64,000 bases of DNA from Planctomycetota bacterium (GTDB lineage: Bacteria; Planctomycetota; B15-G4). The stretch is from contig CBDFJQ010000002.1 of NCBI GenBank assembly GCA_965248575.1, positions 1,367,574 to 1,431,573 on the forward strand, read 5' to 3'. Positions 1-13,133 of this stretch are shown here, in pieces. The first letter of the stretch is position 1. Each line of letters starts with the position of its first letter. Both the position numbers and the translations under genes were made by a program. The notes beneath the pieces were generated by a model that saw only the letters and a list, made by a program, of their open reading frames with translations, did no database searches and was not told the origin of the DNA.

Positions 1-1425
1 GAGAGGGGCAGGTGGACAGCCATCTGGTCACCATCGAAGTCGGCGTTGAAGCCGGCACACACGAGCGGGTGAAGCTTGATGGCGTTGCCCTCGACCAGCA
101 CGGGCTGGAAGGCCTGGATGCCCATACGGTGAAGGGTCGGCGCGCGGTTCAGCAAGACCGGGTGCTCGAAGATGACCTCTTCAAGGATGTCCCAGACTTC
201 CTCTTCCTTGCGCTCGAGCATCTTCTTGGCCGACTTGATCGTGTCGGCGTAACCGAGCTCCTTGAGCCGGCGGATGATGAATGGCTGGTAGAGCTCCAGG
301 GCGATGACCTTGGGAAGCCCACACTGGTGCAGCTGCAGGTCCGGCCCCACCACGATCACGGAACGTGCGGAGTAGTCCACGCGCTTACCGAGCAGGTTCT
401 CGCGGAAGCGCCCTTGCTTGCCCTTGATCATGTCGGTCAAGGACTTCAGCGGGCGGTTGCTGGTGCCCAGCACCGGCCGGCGGCAGCGGCTGTTGTCGAA
501 CAGGGCGTCCACCGACTGCTGCAGCATCCGCTTTTCGTTGCGGATGATGACTTCGGGGGCGTTCAGGTCGAGCAGCTTCTTCAAGCGGTTGTTGCGGTTG
601 ATCAGCCGGCGGTACAGGTCGTTCAGGTCGGAGGTCGCAAAGTTGCCGCTGTCCAGCAGCACCAACGGACGCAGGTCCGGCGGAATCACCGGCACCACGT
701 CGAGCACCATCCAAGACGGCTTGTTGGGCGAATCGCGGAGCATCTCCACGGTCCGCAAGCGCTTGACGATCTCAGCCTTGCGCTGCTTGCTGCGAGTGGT
801 CTTCAGCTCCTCGCGCAGGGACTCCGACGTGGCGTTCAGGTCGAGGTTGACCAACAGCTTCTTGACTGCCTCGGCACCCATGTCCGCCTCGAAGCTCGCG
901 CCGAACTTCTGGCGAGCCTCGCGGAAGGCATCTTCAGAGAGCAGCTGCCCCACCTCGAGCGTGGTGTCGCCAGCCTCGGTGACGATGTACTCCTGGAAGT
1001 AGATCACCTTGTCCAGGTGACTCAGCTTCACGCCCAGCAAGTTGCCGATACGCGAGGGAGTCGCCTTGAAGAACCAGATGTGACCAACCGATGCGGCGAG
1101 GTTGATGTGCCCCATGCGGGTGCGGCGCACCTTGCTGTGCGTGACCTGCACGCCACAGCGATCACAGATGATGTTCTTGTGCTTGATGCCCTTGTACTTG
1201 CCGCAGAAGCACTCCCAGTCCTTGGTCGGACCGAAGATCTTCTCGCAGAACAGACCATCCTTTTCCGGACGGTACGTCCGGTAGTTGATGGTCTCGGGCT
1301 TGCGGACTTCGCCGAACGACCAGCTCCGGATGTCCTCATGGGACGCGAGGCGGATCGTGACGTAAGGGTTGTCGGTGGGGTTCTTACGGAGCGGGTTGAG
1401 ACCGCGAGGTTCCGTCGAATCCATG
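1..1425 (-). CDS. rpoC: DNA-directed RNA polymerase beta' subunit, N-terminal part (gene runs off the window start)
   Basis: Reverse-strand translation from ATG (complement of 1423-1425) reads [111 protein letters not shown], the canonical beta' N-terminus with the zinc-finger cysteines. It lies immediately downstream of rpoB. The ORF track misses it because it has no stop inside the window. Confidence 0.9.
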
Positions 1426-1451
1426 TGGCTTGTGCCTTCGAGTTGCATGAC

Positions 1452-5129
<3,678 letters not shown>

Positions 5130-5182
5130 CGGCGGACTTCAACATCGGGTAGGGACGGACGATCAGAGACACAACAGCGACG

Positions 5183-5212
5183 GACAGCGCCCGCGAAGAT
5201 CGCGGTGCTGTC
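5183..5212 (-). promoter_or_regulatory. Imperfect GC-rich hairpin in the rplL-rpoB intergenic region (candidate attenuator)
   Basis: gacagcgcccgcg-aagat-cgcggtgctgtc forms a roughly 11-bp stem with a 5-nt loop in the 118-nt gap between the rplL stop and the rpoB start. A partial terminator is known at this position in E. coli. Confidence 0.3.
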
Positions 5213-5247
5213 TCGTCCACTGGCGGTGCGTGACAAGCGGGAGGCGA

Positions 5248-5655
5248 CTACTTGACCTCGACGGATGCCCCGGCCTCTTCGAGCTCGCCCTTGACCTTCT
5301 CGGCCTCGTCCTTGGACACACCTTCCTTGACGGCCTTCGGCGCGCTCTCGACAAGCTCCTTGGCCTCCTTGAGGCCCAAGCCGGTGATGCCGCGGACAGC
5401 CTTGATGACTTGGATCTTCTTGTCACCAGGGCCGGTCAGCACGACGTCGAAGGCGGTCTTCTCCTCCTCCTCGCCGCCACCGTCGCCACCCGCTGCGGCC
5501 GCCATCATGACGGCGCCGCCGGAAGCGGGCTCAATCCCGTAGGTGTCCTTCAGATAATCGGAGAGCTGCTGCGCATCGAGAAGGGTCAGAGCGACAATCT
5601 TGTCGCCGAGGTCCTTGATCTCTGCCTTGAACTCGGTGGTTGCTGCTTCGGTCAT
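5248..5655 (-). CDS. rplL: 50S ribosomal protein L7/L12
   Basis: [43 protein letters not shown]...[51 protein letters not shown] is the typical L7/L12 sequence. Confidence 0.95.
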   Translation of the reverse strand: MTEAATTEFKAEIKDLGDKIVALTLLDAQQLSDYLKDTYGIEPASGGAVMMAAAAGGDGGGEEEEKTAFDVVLTGPGDKKIQVIKAVRGITGLGLKEAKELVESAPKAVKEGVSKDEAEKVKGELEEAGASVEVK

Positions 5656-5749
5656 GCTCCTGGCTCCATGTCGGGCTCAAGCGCCCGGTACGGGATGTTC
5701 GGGCGTCTCCGCCCGGTGTTGGATGGTGGTGTGTTGAACGGTGTACTGC

Positions 5750-6298
5750 TCAGCTGCCGCTTTCGAGCTTCTCGATGTGGCTCTGGATCGCACCAGCGAT
5801 CTTCGAACCACGTGCGGTGAACTGGCCGGAAAGAGTGGATGCCGGCGAAAGAATCTGTCCCAGAAGCTTGGACTGCATTTCTTGCTTCGTGGGCAACTTG
5901 GATAGGGCCTTGGCGCGGTCGGAGTCGAGAACTTCGCCCTCCATGAAACCGCCCTTGACTGCAGGCAGCTCGTTACCGCTTTCCTTGCGCCACTTCTCGA
6001 TGACGCGAGCAGCCGCGATGGCCGCCCCTTCCACTTCGACGTCCTCCAGCCCAAGAATCAGGGCTGAGGGGCCTTCGAAGAGGGATTCTATGCCTGACAG
6101 GCCCTGAGCTTCGAGCGCGCGCCGGGCCAATGAGCCCTTCACCACTTGCATGCTCAGCTGAGCCTCTTCGAGCAGGCCGCGGAACGAGTTGACGTCCTCG
6201 ACGGTCATGCCGACGGGTTGCACCAACAGGGCGTCGACGCCGCCAGACAGGCGGCGTTCGTACTCGCTGGCAATGGAAACATTGACGATGTTCGGCAT
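5750..6298 (-). CDS. rplJ: 50S ribosomal protein L10
   Basis: ORF 5750..6334; likely start MPNIVNVSIASEYERRL... (ATG complement 6296-6298, GGAG 8 nt upstream). It aligns to L10 (…MTVEDVNSFRGLLEEAQLSMQVVKGSLARRALE…). This start overlaps the rplA stop by 17 nt. Confidence 0.85.
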   Translation of the reverse strand: MPNIVNVSIASEYERRLSGGVDALLVQPVGMTVEDVNSFRGLLEEAQLSMQVVKGSLARRALEAQGLSGIESLFEGPSALILGLEDVEVEGAAIAAARVIEKWRKESGNELPAVKGGFMEGEVLDSDRAKALSKLPTKQEMQSKLLGQILSPASTLSGQFTARGSKIAGAIQSHIEKLESGS

Positions 6299-6311
6299 CA
6301 GTTCGCTCCGG

Positions 6312-7004
6312 TCAGCTCGCCAGGTCCACGGCAACGCCGGGGCCCATGGTCGTGGCTAGGAAGACCTTCTTGAGGTAGGTGCCCTTGGAAGAGGCGGGCT
6401 TCAGCGAGTTGACGGCTGCCACGAAGGCGCGCACGTTGGCCACGAGGTTTTCGTCGTCGAAGGAGCGCTTGCCCACAGCCGCGTGGATCGTCCCACCGCC
6501 ATCGGCGCGGAACTCCACCTTGCCGGCTGCGAACTCTCGCACTGCATTCTCGACGTTGGGCGTCACCGTGCCGGACTTCGGAGTCGGCATCTTGCCCTGG
6601 GGTCCGAGGACCTTACCGAGCTTGCCGACCTTGCCCATCATGTCGGGCGAAGCCACGGCTACGTCAAAATCGGTCCAGCCATCCGCGACCTTCTTGACGA
6701 GATCGTCGTCGCCCACTTCCACGGCGCCGGCCTCGGCCGCAGCCGCCTGCTTGGCAGGATCCTTCACGAACGCGATGACGCGCCGGGTGCGCCCCGTGCC
6801 GTGAGGCAGCGACACCGCGCCGCGCACTGACTGATCAGACTTGCGGGGGTCGATGCCGAGGTTGATGGCGATGTCGATCGATTCGTCGAAGCGCGTCTTC
6901 TCGGACGTCTTGAGAATCGCGATGCCATCGAGGAGCGGGTAGACGATGTCCTTGTCCACCTTGATCGCATTGGCCTTCTTGCGCTTGTTTATGTGCGTCG
7001 TCAT
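6312..7004 (-). CDS. rplA: 50S ribosomal protein L1
   Basis: MTTHINKRKKANAIKVDKDIVYPLLDGIAILK...DESIDIAINLGIDPRKSDQSVRGAVSLPHGTG is the canonical L1 sequence. Confidence 0.95.
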   Translation of the reverse strand: MTTHINKRKKANAIKVDKDIVYPLLDGIAILKTSEKTRFDESIDIAINLGIDPRKSDQSVRGAVSLPHGTGRTRRVIAFVKDPAKQAAAAEAGAVEVGDDDLVKKVADGWTDFDVAVASPDMMGKVGKLGKVLGPQGKMPTPKSGTVTPNVENAVREFAAGKVEFRADGGGTIHAAVGKRSFDDENLVANVRAFVAAVNSLKPASSKGTYLKKVFLATTMGPGVAVDLAS

Positions 7005-7030
7005 GTGTCTAGCGTCCTTTGTTCACCGGC

Positions 7031-7450
7031 TCAGCCGGAGACCTCGATACCCATGGAACGAGCCGTGCCTTCGACCATCCGGCACGCTGCGTCGATGTTG
7101 CGAGCGTTCAGGTCGGCCATCTTGGTCTCGGCGATTTCCTTCACCTGATCCTTCGTGACCTGCCCCACGATCTCGAGATGAGCATTGCCCTTGACGATGC
7201 CCGCTGCGCGCTTCAGGAGCACGGCTGCCGGGGGCGTCTTGAGCACGAAGCTGAACGAGCGATCCTTGTAGACGGTGATCTCGGCCGGAATGATCAAGCC
7301 CATCTGATCGCGGGTCGAGTCGTTGTACTCCTTCACGAACTGCCCGATGTTGACGCCGTGCTGACCCAGCGCGGGTCCAACAGGCGGAGCAGGCGTCGCC
7401 TGCCCGGCGGCCAGCTGGAGCTTGAGGACGGATTGGATTTCCTTGGCCAT
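7031..7450 (-). CDS. rplK: 50S ribosomal protein L11
   Basis: [43 protein letters not shown]... is the canonical L11 sequence. Confidence 0.95.
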   Translation of the reverse strand: MAKEIQSVLKLQLAAGQATPAPPVGPALGQHGVNIGQFVKEYNDSTRDQMGLIIPAEITVYKDRSFSFVLKTPPAAVLLKRAAGIVKGNAHLEIVGQVTKDQVKEIAETKMADLNARNIDAACRMVEGTARSMGIEVSG

Positions 7451-7542
7451 CTGATGTCGTCTTGCTTGGGGTCGGTCGGTTTGTGTTCGAAGTCGTTGGT
7501 TCGGCCTGTCGGGATCGACGAGGCCGATTCAGGAACTGGTTC
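7451..7542 (-). promoter_or_regulatory. nusG-rplK intergenic leader (candidate L11-operon promoter/leader and possible L1 autoregulatory site)
   Basis: 92-nt untranslated gap upstream of rplK. By analogy to the E. coli L11 operon leader bound by L1. I recognised no specific structure. Confidence 0.25.
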
Positions 7543-8115
7543 TTAGGTCTGCTCGACCTTCCAGTACTCCAGTTCCACGGGCGTTTCACGTCCAAAGATG
7601 GTCACGATCACCCGGACCATTCCCTTCATCTCGTTCACTTCGTCCACCACGCCCGTGTAGGACTCGAACGGTCCGTCGTTGATCTTCACGCGATCACCGA
7701 GCTTGAAGTTGATCTTGAGTTGCGGCGTCTCCTCGGTATCGCGCATGCCATTCAGGATGCGCTCCACCTCGTGATCCGCCATGGGCACGGGCGCGCGGGA
7801 CACACCCACGAAGTCACCGATGCCCTGGGTCTCCCGGATCAGGAACCACACGTCTTCCGGGATCTGCCCCTCTTCATCCAGATACATCTCCACCATGATG
7901 TAGCCGGGGTAGAGCTTGCGCTGGATGACCTTCTTCCGACCGCCCTTCATCTCCGAGATGGTCTCGGTGGGAACGAGCACGCTCGGAACCCGCTCCTCAA
8001 GACCGACGGCCTTCAGCCGGCGCTCGAGTTTGTCGCGCATCTTCTTCTCGAGGTTACTGGCGACCCGGAGGACGAACCAGCGAGAGGAGGCGGCGTTGAA
8101 AGCGGAGGGTTCCAT
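7543..8115 (-). CDS. nusG: Transcription termination/antitermination factor NusG
   Basis: 190 aa with an NGN domain (RWFVLRVASNLEKKMRDKLE) and a C-terminal KOW (KINFKLGDRVKINDGPFESYTGVVDEVNEMKGMVRVIVTIFGRETPVELEYWKVE). Position secE-nusG-rplK. Confidence 0.9.
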   Translation of the reverse strand: MEPSAFNAASSRWFVLRVASNLEKKMRDKLERRLKAVGLEERVPSVLVPTETISEMKGGRKKVIQRKLYPGYIMVEMYLDEEGQIPEDVWFLIRETQGIGDFVGVSRAPVPMADHEVERILNGMRDTEETPQLKINFKLGDRVKINDGPFESYTGVVDEVNEMKGMVRVIVTIFGRETPVELEYWKVEQT

Positions 8116-8129
8116 CAGTCAGGAGCCGA

Positions 8130-8582
8130 TCAGGAGAGGATGTTCTTCGCCACGATCTCGTTGAGCAGCATGTCCATCCCGGCGAGGAGCACCGTGAAGA
8201 CAAGCATGACGACGAGAATGACGATGGAGGAGGTGAAGGTCTCGTTCCAGCTGGGCCAGGTGCACTTGCGCATCTCGGTTTCGGAGTCGATCAGGAGGTC
8301 CGCAACCTTCGGCCGTTCCAGGAACTTCATGAGCGTGGCCAGGCCGACGGAGGCAATGACGACGGCGAGAATCAGCGCATAGGTGAGTGGAACTCCCAGG
8401 ACCGGGAGGTTGTCCTCCATCAGCCGGGTCGCCAACCCACCGGGTGCGGCGGCTTCTGGATCGCCCCGGAAGCTGCCGAGGAAGTAGTACATCTCGTAGC
8501 ATCCGAAAAGCCACAGCGAGCCCAGCAGCCAAAGGGCTGTGGTCCGTGAATAGGTGCCTTGATCAGCTTTGAACTTGGCCAT
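8130..8582 (-). CDS. secE: Preprotein translocase subunit SecE (N-terminally extended, 3-TM form)
   Basis: 150 aa hydrophobic protein ending ...MLVFTVLLAGMDMLLNEIVAKNILS immediately upstream of nusG, after tRNA-Trp. This is the conserved position. Confidence 0.75.
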   Translation of the reverse strand: MAKFKADQGTYSRTTALWLLGSLWLFGCYEMYYFLGSFRGDPEAAAPGGLATRLMEDNLPVLGVPLTYALILAVVIASVGLATLMKFLERPKVADLLIDSETEMRKCTWPSWNETFTSSIVILVVMLVFTVLLAGMDMLLNEIVAKNILS

Positions 8583-8642
8583 GGATGTTTCCGTCGTCTG
8601 TGACGCTTCGAACCTGTGAGCGAGAGGTGGCTGAGAGCCCGA

Positions 8643-8718
8643 TGGCAGGCCAGGAGGGACTTGAACCCCCGACCCTCGGTTTTGGAAACCGATGCTCTAC
8701 CAACTGAGCTACTGGCCT
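8643..8718 (-). tRNA. tRNA-Trp (anticodon CCA)
   Basis: Reverse complement AGGCCAGTAGCTCAGTTGGTAGAGCATCGGTTTCCAAAACCGAGGGTCGGGGGTTCAAGTCCCTCCTGGCCTGCCA has a 7-bp acceptor stem AGGCCAG/CTGGCCT, a D arm GCTC/GAGC, an anticodon loop TTCCAAA and an encoded CCA. Conserved rpmG-tRNATrp-secE position. Confidence 0.85.
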
Positions 8719-8759
8719 CCCGGGTGTGCGGGTGGACATCGGGCTCGCAGGGAAGCGAC

Positions 8760-8924
8760 CTACTTCTTGCGCTCCTTGTGAGAGGTGTGCTTCCGGTCGA
8801 ACCGGCAGTACTTGTTCAACTCGAGCTTCCACTGAGCCTTCGTGCGCTTGCGCAGGGCGTAGTTCCTGCGTCCGCACTCGGAGCATTCGAGGAAGACGAC
8901 GGTGCTGCTTTTGCCTTTGGCCAT
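8760..8924 (-). CDS. rpmG: 50S ribosomal protein L33 (54 aa)
   Basis: Reverse translation is MAKGKSSTVVFLECSECGRRNYALRKRTKAQWKLELNKYCRFDRKHTSHKERKK, with the L33 zinc-ribbon C-x2-C. It is embedded in a larger spurious ORF in the track. Confidence 0.85.
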   Translation of the reverse strand: MAKGKSSTVVFLECSECGRRNYALRKRTKAQWKLELNKYCRFDRKHTSHKERKK

Positions 8925-9000
8925 CTGGTATCCAGCCGTTCGATGTCACGCGAGCCGAACGCAGTGCTCAGCTCGCGTGCCACCAGTGTCTTGGTGAGAA

Positions 9001-10209
9001 CTACTCGACGATCTCGACGACCTTGCCCGAACCAACCGTGCGCCCGCCTTCGCGGATGGCGAACTTCAGGTCCGTGTCCATGGCGATGGGCATGATCAGC
9101 TCCACCACGACTTCAACGTTGTCGCCCGGCATCACCATCTCAGTGCCTTCGGGCAGGGTCACGTTTCCGGTCACATCGGTCGTGCGGAAGTAGAACTGCG
9201 GGCGGTAGCCGTTGAAGAAAGGCGTGTGTCGGCCACCTTCCTCCTTGCTCAGCACGTAGACGACGCCCTTGAACTTCTTGTGGGGCGTGATGCTCTTCGG
9301 CTTGGCCAGGACCTGGCCGCGCTCGATGGCATCCTTTTCGATTCCGCGCAGGAGCAGGCCCACGTTGTCGCCAGCGAGACCCTCGTCGAGGGACTTGTTG
9401 AACATCTCGACGCCGGTGCAGGTCGTGTTGCCGATCTCATCCTTCAGACCGACCAGCTCAAGCGAGTCGCCAACGTTCACCTTGCCACGCTCGATACGAC
9501 CCGTCGCCACCGTGCCACGCCCCTTGATGGAGAACACGTCCTCCACGGGCATGAGGAAGTCCTTGTCGATCTCGCGCTTCGGTTCCGGGACCCAAGAGTC
9601 AACGGCATCCATGAGCTCCCAGATGCAGGTGAAGCGGGGGTCGTCGACAGGCGCGCCCTCAACAGCAGCTTCGCCAGCCTTCAGCGCGGAACCCTGAATG
9701 ATCGGTGTGTCGTCGCCGGGGAAGTCGTAGCTGCTGAGCAGCTCGCGGATCTCCATGTCGACGAGCTCCAGGAGCTCGTCGTCATCGACCTGGTCGACCT
9801 TGTTCATGAACACCAGCACGCTGGGCACACCCACCTGGCGGGCGAGCAGGATGTGCTCACGCGTCTGAGGCATGGGGCCGTCAGCAGCGCTGCAGACCAG
9901 GATGGCGCCGTCCATCTGCGCGGCACCTGTGATCATGTTCTTGACATAGTCGGCGTGGCCAGGGCAGTCCACGTGAGCGTAGTGCCGTGTATCCGTCTGG
10001 TACTCCACGTGAGCGGTGGCGATGGTGATACCGCGCTCGCGCTCTTCGGGAGCCTTGTCGATGGTGTCGAAGCCACGTGCGTCCGCGAGGCCCTTGAGCG
10101 CAAGGGAGCCCGTAATGGCAGCCGTCAGGGTCGTCTTACCATGGTCAACGTGGCCGATAGTGCCCACGTTCAGGTGGGGCTTGGTGCGTTCAAAGGTGCC
10201 CTTAGCCAT
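9001..10209 (-). CDS. tuf: Elongation factor Tu
   Basis: [33 protein letters not shown]...; full-length 402 aa EF-Tu. Confidence 0.97.
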   Translation of the reverse strand: MAKGTFERTKPHLNVGTIGHVDHGKTTLTAAITGSLALKGLADARGFDTIDKAPEERERGITIATAHVEYQTDTRHYAHVDCPGHADYVKNMITGAAQMDGAILVCSAADGPMPQTREHILLARQVGVPSVLVFMNKVDQVDDDELLELVDMEIRELLSSYDFPGDDTPIIQGSALKAGEAAVEGAPVDDPRFTCIWELMDAVDSWVPEPKREIDKDFLMPVEDVFSIKGRGTVATGRIERGKVNVGDSLELVGLKDEIGNTTCTGVEMFNKSLDEGLAGDNVGLLLRGIEKDAIERGQVLAKPKSITPHKKFKGVVYVLSKEEGGRHTPFFNGYRPQFYFRTTDVTGNVTLPEGTEMVMPGDNVEVVVELIMPIAMDTDLKFAIREGGRTVGSGKVVEIVE

Positions 10210-10442
10210 TTGGCTCTGATCTCCGTTTTCTGGTGCGCGACGTAGCGCGCGTGCTGTTGATCGGACTTGCGGTCATGCGACCTGGCCAGGGACGCCCAGC
10301 GGAACACCCGCTCGGAACTTCCTGACTCGCTCGCCTCGAAGGCCGTCTGCGGCCCCGGGTACTGCCTAACTCTCACTGCCTACTCGTGTCGCTCGCCATC
10401 TCTGGATGGGATGGCAACTGTCGTGCACTGCCTTGGACTGCT

Positions 10443-10517
10443 TGGAGCTGCTGATGGGATTCGAACCCATGACCTCGTCCTTACCAAGGACGTGCTCTAC
10501 CCCTGAGCCACAGCAGC
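10443..10517 (-). tRNA. tRNA-Thr (anticodon GGT)
   Basis: Reverse complement GCTGCTGTGGCTCAGGGGTAGAGCACGTCCTTGGTAAGGACGAGGTCATGGGTTCGAATCCCATCAGCAGCTCCA; anticodon loop CTTGGTAA. Confidence 0.85.
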
Positions 10518-10700
10518 TTCTTTCGTTCGTGTGTTCGCGGGGGCGGTGCTCCCAGGCTGTCGTGCTGCCGGTGCACCCGTCCTCGCCATATCCATACTCG
10601 TTGTCACTCGTTGTCGGTTGTCGGTTCGTTGAGTGGGTTGTCGGTCGTTTCAACGGTCGGGTCGGGTGAATCGCCCTGCTTCCAGTCACCATCCAAGCGA

Positions 10701-10774
10701 TGGAGCGGGTGATGGGAATCGAACCCACGCAACCAGCTTGGAAGGCTGGGGCTCTACCACTGAGCTACACCCGC
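10701..10774 (-). tRNA. tRNA-Gly (anticodon TCC)
   Basis: Reverse complement GCGGGTGTAGCTCAGTGGTAGAGCCCCAGCCTTCCAAGCTGGTTGCGTGGGTTCGATTCCCATCACCCGCTCCA; anticodon loop CTTCCAA. Confidence 0.85.
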
Positions 10775-10947
10775 ATCGGGCCGTGTGGGCCGTTCCGTCG
10801 TCACCATTCGCTGAGCGCCTGACCTGCGCGACCTCTGCGTCGGATCCCTCTGGACTCGCCTCGTCTGTCCTGTGTCCTCGCTACCTGTCGTCCGTGTTCG
10901 TTTCGTTGAATCCAGCTCTCAAGCACAGTCAGCACGACCGTCAGACC

Positions 10948-11032
10948 TGGTGGGGGAAGTAGGATTCGAACCTACGTAGGCAAAGCCAACGGGTTTACAG
11001 CCCGTCCCCATTAACCACTCGGGCATTCCCCC
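10948..11032 (-). tRNA. tRNA-Tyr (anticodon GTA, long variable arm)
   Basis: Reverse complement GGGGGAATGCCCGAGTGGTTAATGGGGACGGGCTGTAAACCCGTTGGCTTTGCCTACGTAGGTTCGAATCCTACTTCCCCCACCA; anticodon loop CTGTAAA. Confidence 0.85.
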
Positions 11033-11231
11033 AAGATCAGTTGCTTGCTGCTGGGATCGTCTTTCGGTTTCGAATCGCCTCGTATGTTCGCGCGCATGTC
11101 CTGCTTGGCACTCTTCTCCGCCCACGAGACACCGCCTGTCCGGAGACGCTTGCAGACGGCATGCACGCACTCGCCTCCATTCCAAAAGCGTCGCAAAACA
11201 CGGCTTTGAACGGCCTTGAGGCACGCAATGA

Positions 11232-11304
11232 AGCTAGCGACGGGACTCGAACCCACAACATCCGGTTTACAAAACCGGTGCTCTACCAGTTGAGCTACGC
11301 TAGC
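11232..11304 (-). tRNA. tRNA-Thr (anticodon TGT)
   Basis: Reverse complement GCTAGCGTAGCTCAACTGGTAGAGCACCGGTTTTGTAAACCGGATGTTGTGGGTTCGAGTCCCGTCGCTAGCT; anticodon loop TTTGTAA; CCA not encoded. It completes the thrU-tyrU-glyT-thrT-tuf arrangement. Confidence 0.8.
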
Positions 11305-11356
11305 GCCGGAGCGCCTCCCGACACGCAACTTTCGCGCACCGAGAAAACGGAGGATC

Positions 11357-11824
11357 CTAGCTCTGCCGGTTAGGCGAGTCAACACCCACCGAAGACGGAT
11401 CCTTGGGCTCCTCCCGCTCCGTTTCCACGCTCATTCCGAGCACCGAACGGACGTCCCGGGTGAGCTCCTTCAGCTCGAAGGGCTTGCGGATCACGCCTGC
11501 CACGGCGGGCTCAGCGCAGATCTGCGAGACCACGATCGGCTCCAGAAAGGCGCTCATAATAAGGTAGGTCGCGCGTACCCCCTTGGCCTCGAACTGCCTC
11601 ACAAGGTCCAACCCGCTGACCTCCGGCATCGTGTAGTCCGTGAGAATCAGCCGGCAGAGCGCGTTTTCCAGGAGCTGGAACGCCGTGGCGGCATCGTGGG
11701 CGTGCTCCACGGTCAGCCCCTCACGCTCCAGGACCACCCGCACCAGTCGGGCAACGGCCGGGTCGTCGTCGACCACGAGCACATCGAGAGAGGAGGGCCT
11801 TTCCACTGGGGACATGGGCGGCAT
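11357..11824 (-). CDS. Stand-alone response-regulator receiver (CheY-like) protein
   Basis: ORF 11357..12016; plausible start MPPMSPVERPSSLDVLVVDDDPAVARLVRVVLEREGLTVEHAHDAATAFQLLENALCRLILTDYTMPEVSGLDLV... with the acidic pocket DD...D and a conserved T/K. There is no output domain. Confidence 0.7.
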   Translation of the reverse strand: MPPMSPVERPSSLDVLVVDDDPAVARLVRVVLEREGLTVEHAHDAATAFQLLENALCRLILTDYTMPEVSGLDLVRQFEAKGVRATYLIMSAFLEPIVVSQICAEPAVAGVIRKPFELKELTRDVRSVLGMSVETEREEPKDPSSVGVDSPNRQS

Positions 11825-11933
11825 GACACCACGGCCGCAGGGGCGAATCCAATTCCCGAACGGAACGGCCCTAGGGCTCCAAACCCCGCGGTCTGCCCTG
11901 CTAGGATGCCCGGCCCAATCAGAGGAGTCCCTC

Positions 11934-13085
11934 ATGCGCTTCGGCACCACCGCCATCCACGCAGGCCAAACCCCGGATCCGACAACGGGGGCGATCATGA
12001 CCCCCATCTTCTGCACATCGACCTATGTGCAGGAGTATCCGGCGGTGGTGAAGGACGGCTACGACTACTCCAGGGGCAAGAATCCGACCCGCACGGCCCT
12101 TGAGGACAACCTGGCCGGGCTCGAGGGAGCCCAGCACGGGGTCGCCTTCTCGAGTGGTTTGGCCGCCATCCACGCCGTCATGACCTCTGTCGTCGGCACA
12201 GGTGAGCGGGTCATCTGCGGAAACGACCTGTATGGGGGGACCCTGCGCCTTCTGCGCCGGATCTTCGAGCCCCAAGGCATCCAGCTGGATGTGGTGGACA
12301 CCAGTGATGTGCAAGCCATGGCGGCAGCCCTGGCCAGCGGCCCCACCAAGTTGGTCTGGTTGGAGACCCCCACCAATCCCCTGCTCCGCATCACTGACCT
12401 GAAGGCAGTCGCTGCGATGGCCCACGAGGCCGGAGCCCTGGTGGCATGCGACAACACCTTTGCCACCCCCTACCTCCAAAGTCCCTTGGAGCTAGGCTGC
12501 GACTTCGCCATGCACAGTGCCACCAAGTACCTCGGTGGGCACAGCGACGTGATCGGTGGCGCCGTCATGCTCAACAGCGACGAGTTCGCCGAGAAGCTCC
12601 ACTTCGTGCAGATGGCGGTTGGGGCCGTCCCCGGTCCGATGGATTGCTTCCTCTTGCTGCGCGGCATCAAGACCCTGCACGTGCGGATGCAGCGCCATTG
12701 CGAGAACGCGCGCGCGATCGCCGGCATGCTCGACGCGCATCCCCGCGTCCGCAAGGTCTACTACCCAGGCCTCAGCACACACGCCGGCCACGGGTTGGCC
12801 AGCGAGCAGATGCGAGACTTCGGCGGCATGATCTCCTTCGTCCTGGATGGTTCGGTCGAGGACGGCATGAAGTTCACCAGCAAGACCAAGCTGTTCGCCT
12901 TGGCTGAGAGCCTGGGCGGAGTCGAATCGCTCATCGAGCACCCGCCGTCCATGACCCACGCCTCGATCCCCGCTGAAGAACGTCGAGCGTCTGGCCTGGA
13001 TGACGGGCTGATCCGCCTCTCGGTCGGCATCGAGGACATCGAGGATCTCAAGGCTGACCTCGATCAGGCCTTCGACCAGGTCTGA
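11934..13085 (+). CDS. PLP-dependent Cys/Met-metabolism enzyme (cystathionine gamma-synthase/beta-lyase family, MetB/MetC-like)
   Basis: True start MRFGTTAIHAGQ at 11934 (AGAGGAG RBS 7 nt upstream). Family motifs present: ...DLYGGT..., SATKYLGGHSDVIGGAV (PLP lysine). 383 aa. Confidence 0.85.
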   Translation: MRFGTTAIHAGQTPDPTTGAIMTPIFCTSTYVQEYPAVVKDGYDYSRGKNPTRTALEDNLAGLEGAQHGVAFSSGLAAIHAVMTSVVGTGERVICGNDLYGGTLRLLRRIFEPQGIQLDVVDTSDVQAMAAALASGPTKLVWLETPTNPLLRITDLKAVAAMAHEAGALVACDNTFATPYLQSPLELGCDFAMHSATKYLGGHSDVIGGAVMLNSDEFAEKLHFVQMAVGAVPGPMDCFLLLRGIKTLHVRMQRHCENARAIAGMLDAHPRVRKVYYPGLSTHAGHGLASEQMRDFGGMISFVLDGSVEDGMKFTSKTKLFALAESLGGVESLIEHPPSMTHASIPAEERRASGLDDGLIRLSVGIEDIEDLKADLDQAFDQV

Positions 13086-13133
13086 GACAAGCTGCTTGTG
13101 TCAGGCCTCGGGCAACGCCCTCAATCGGTGACC

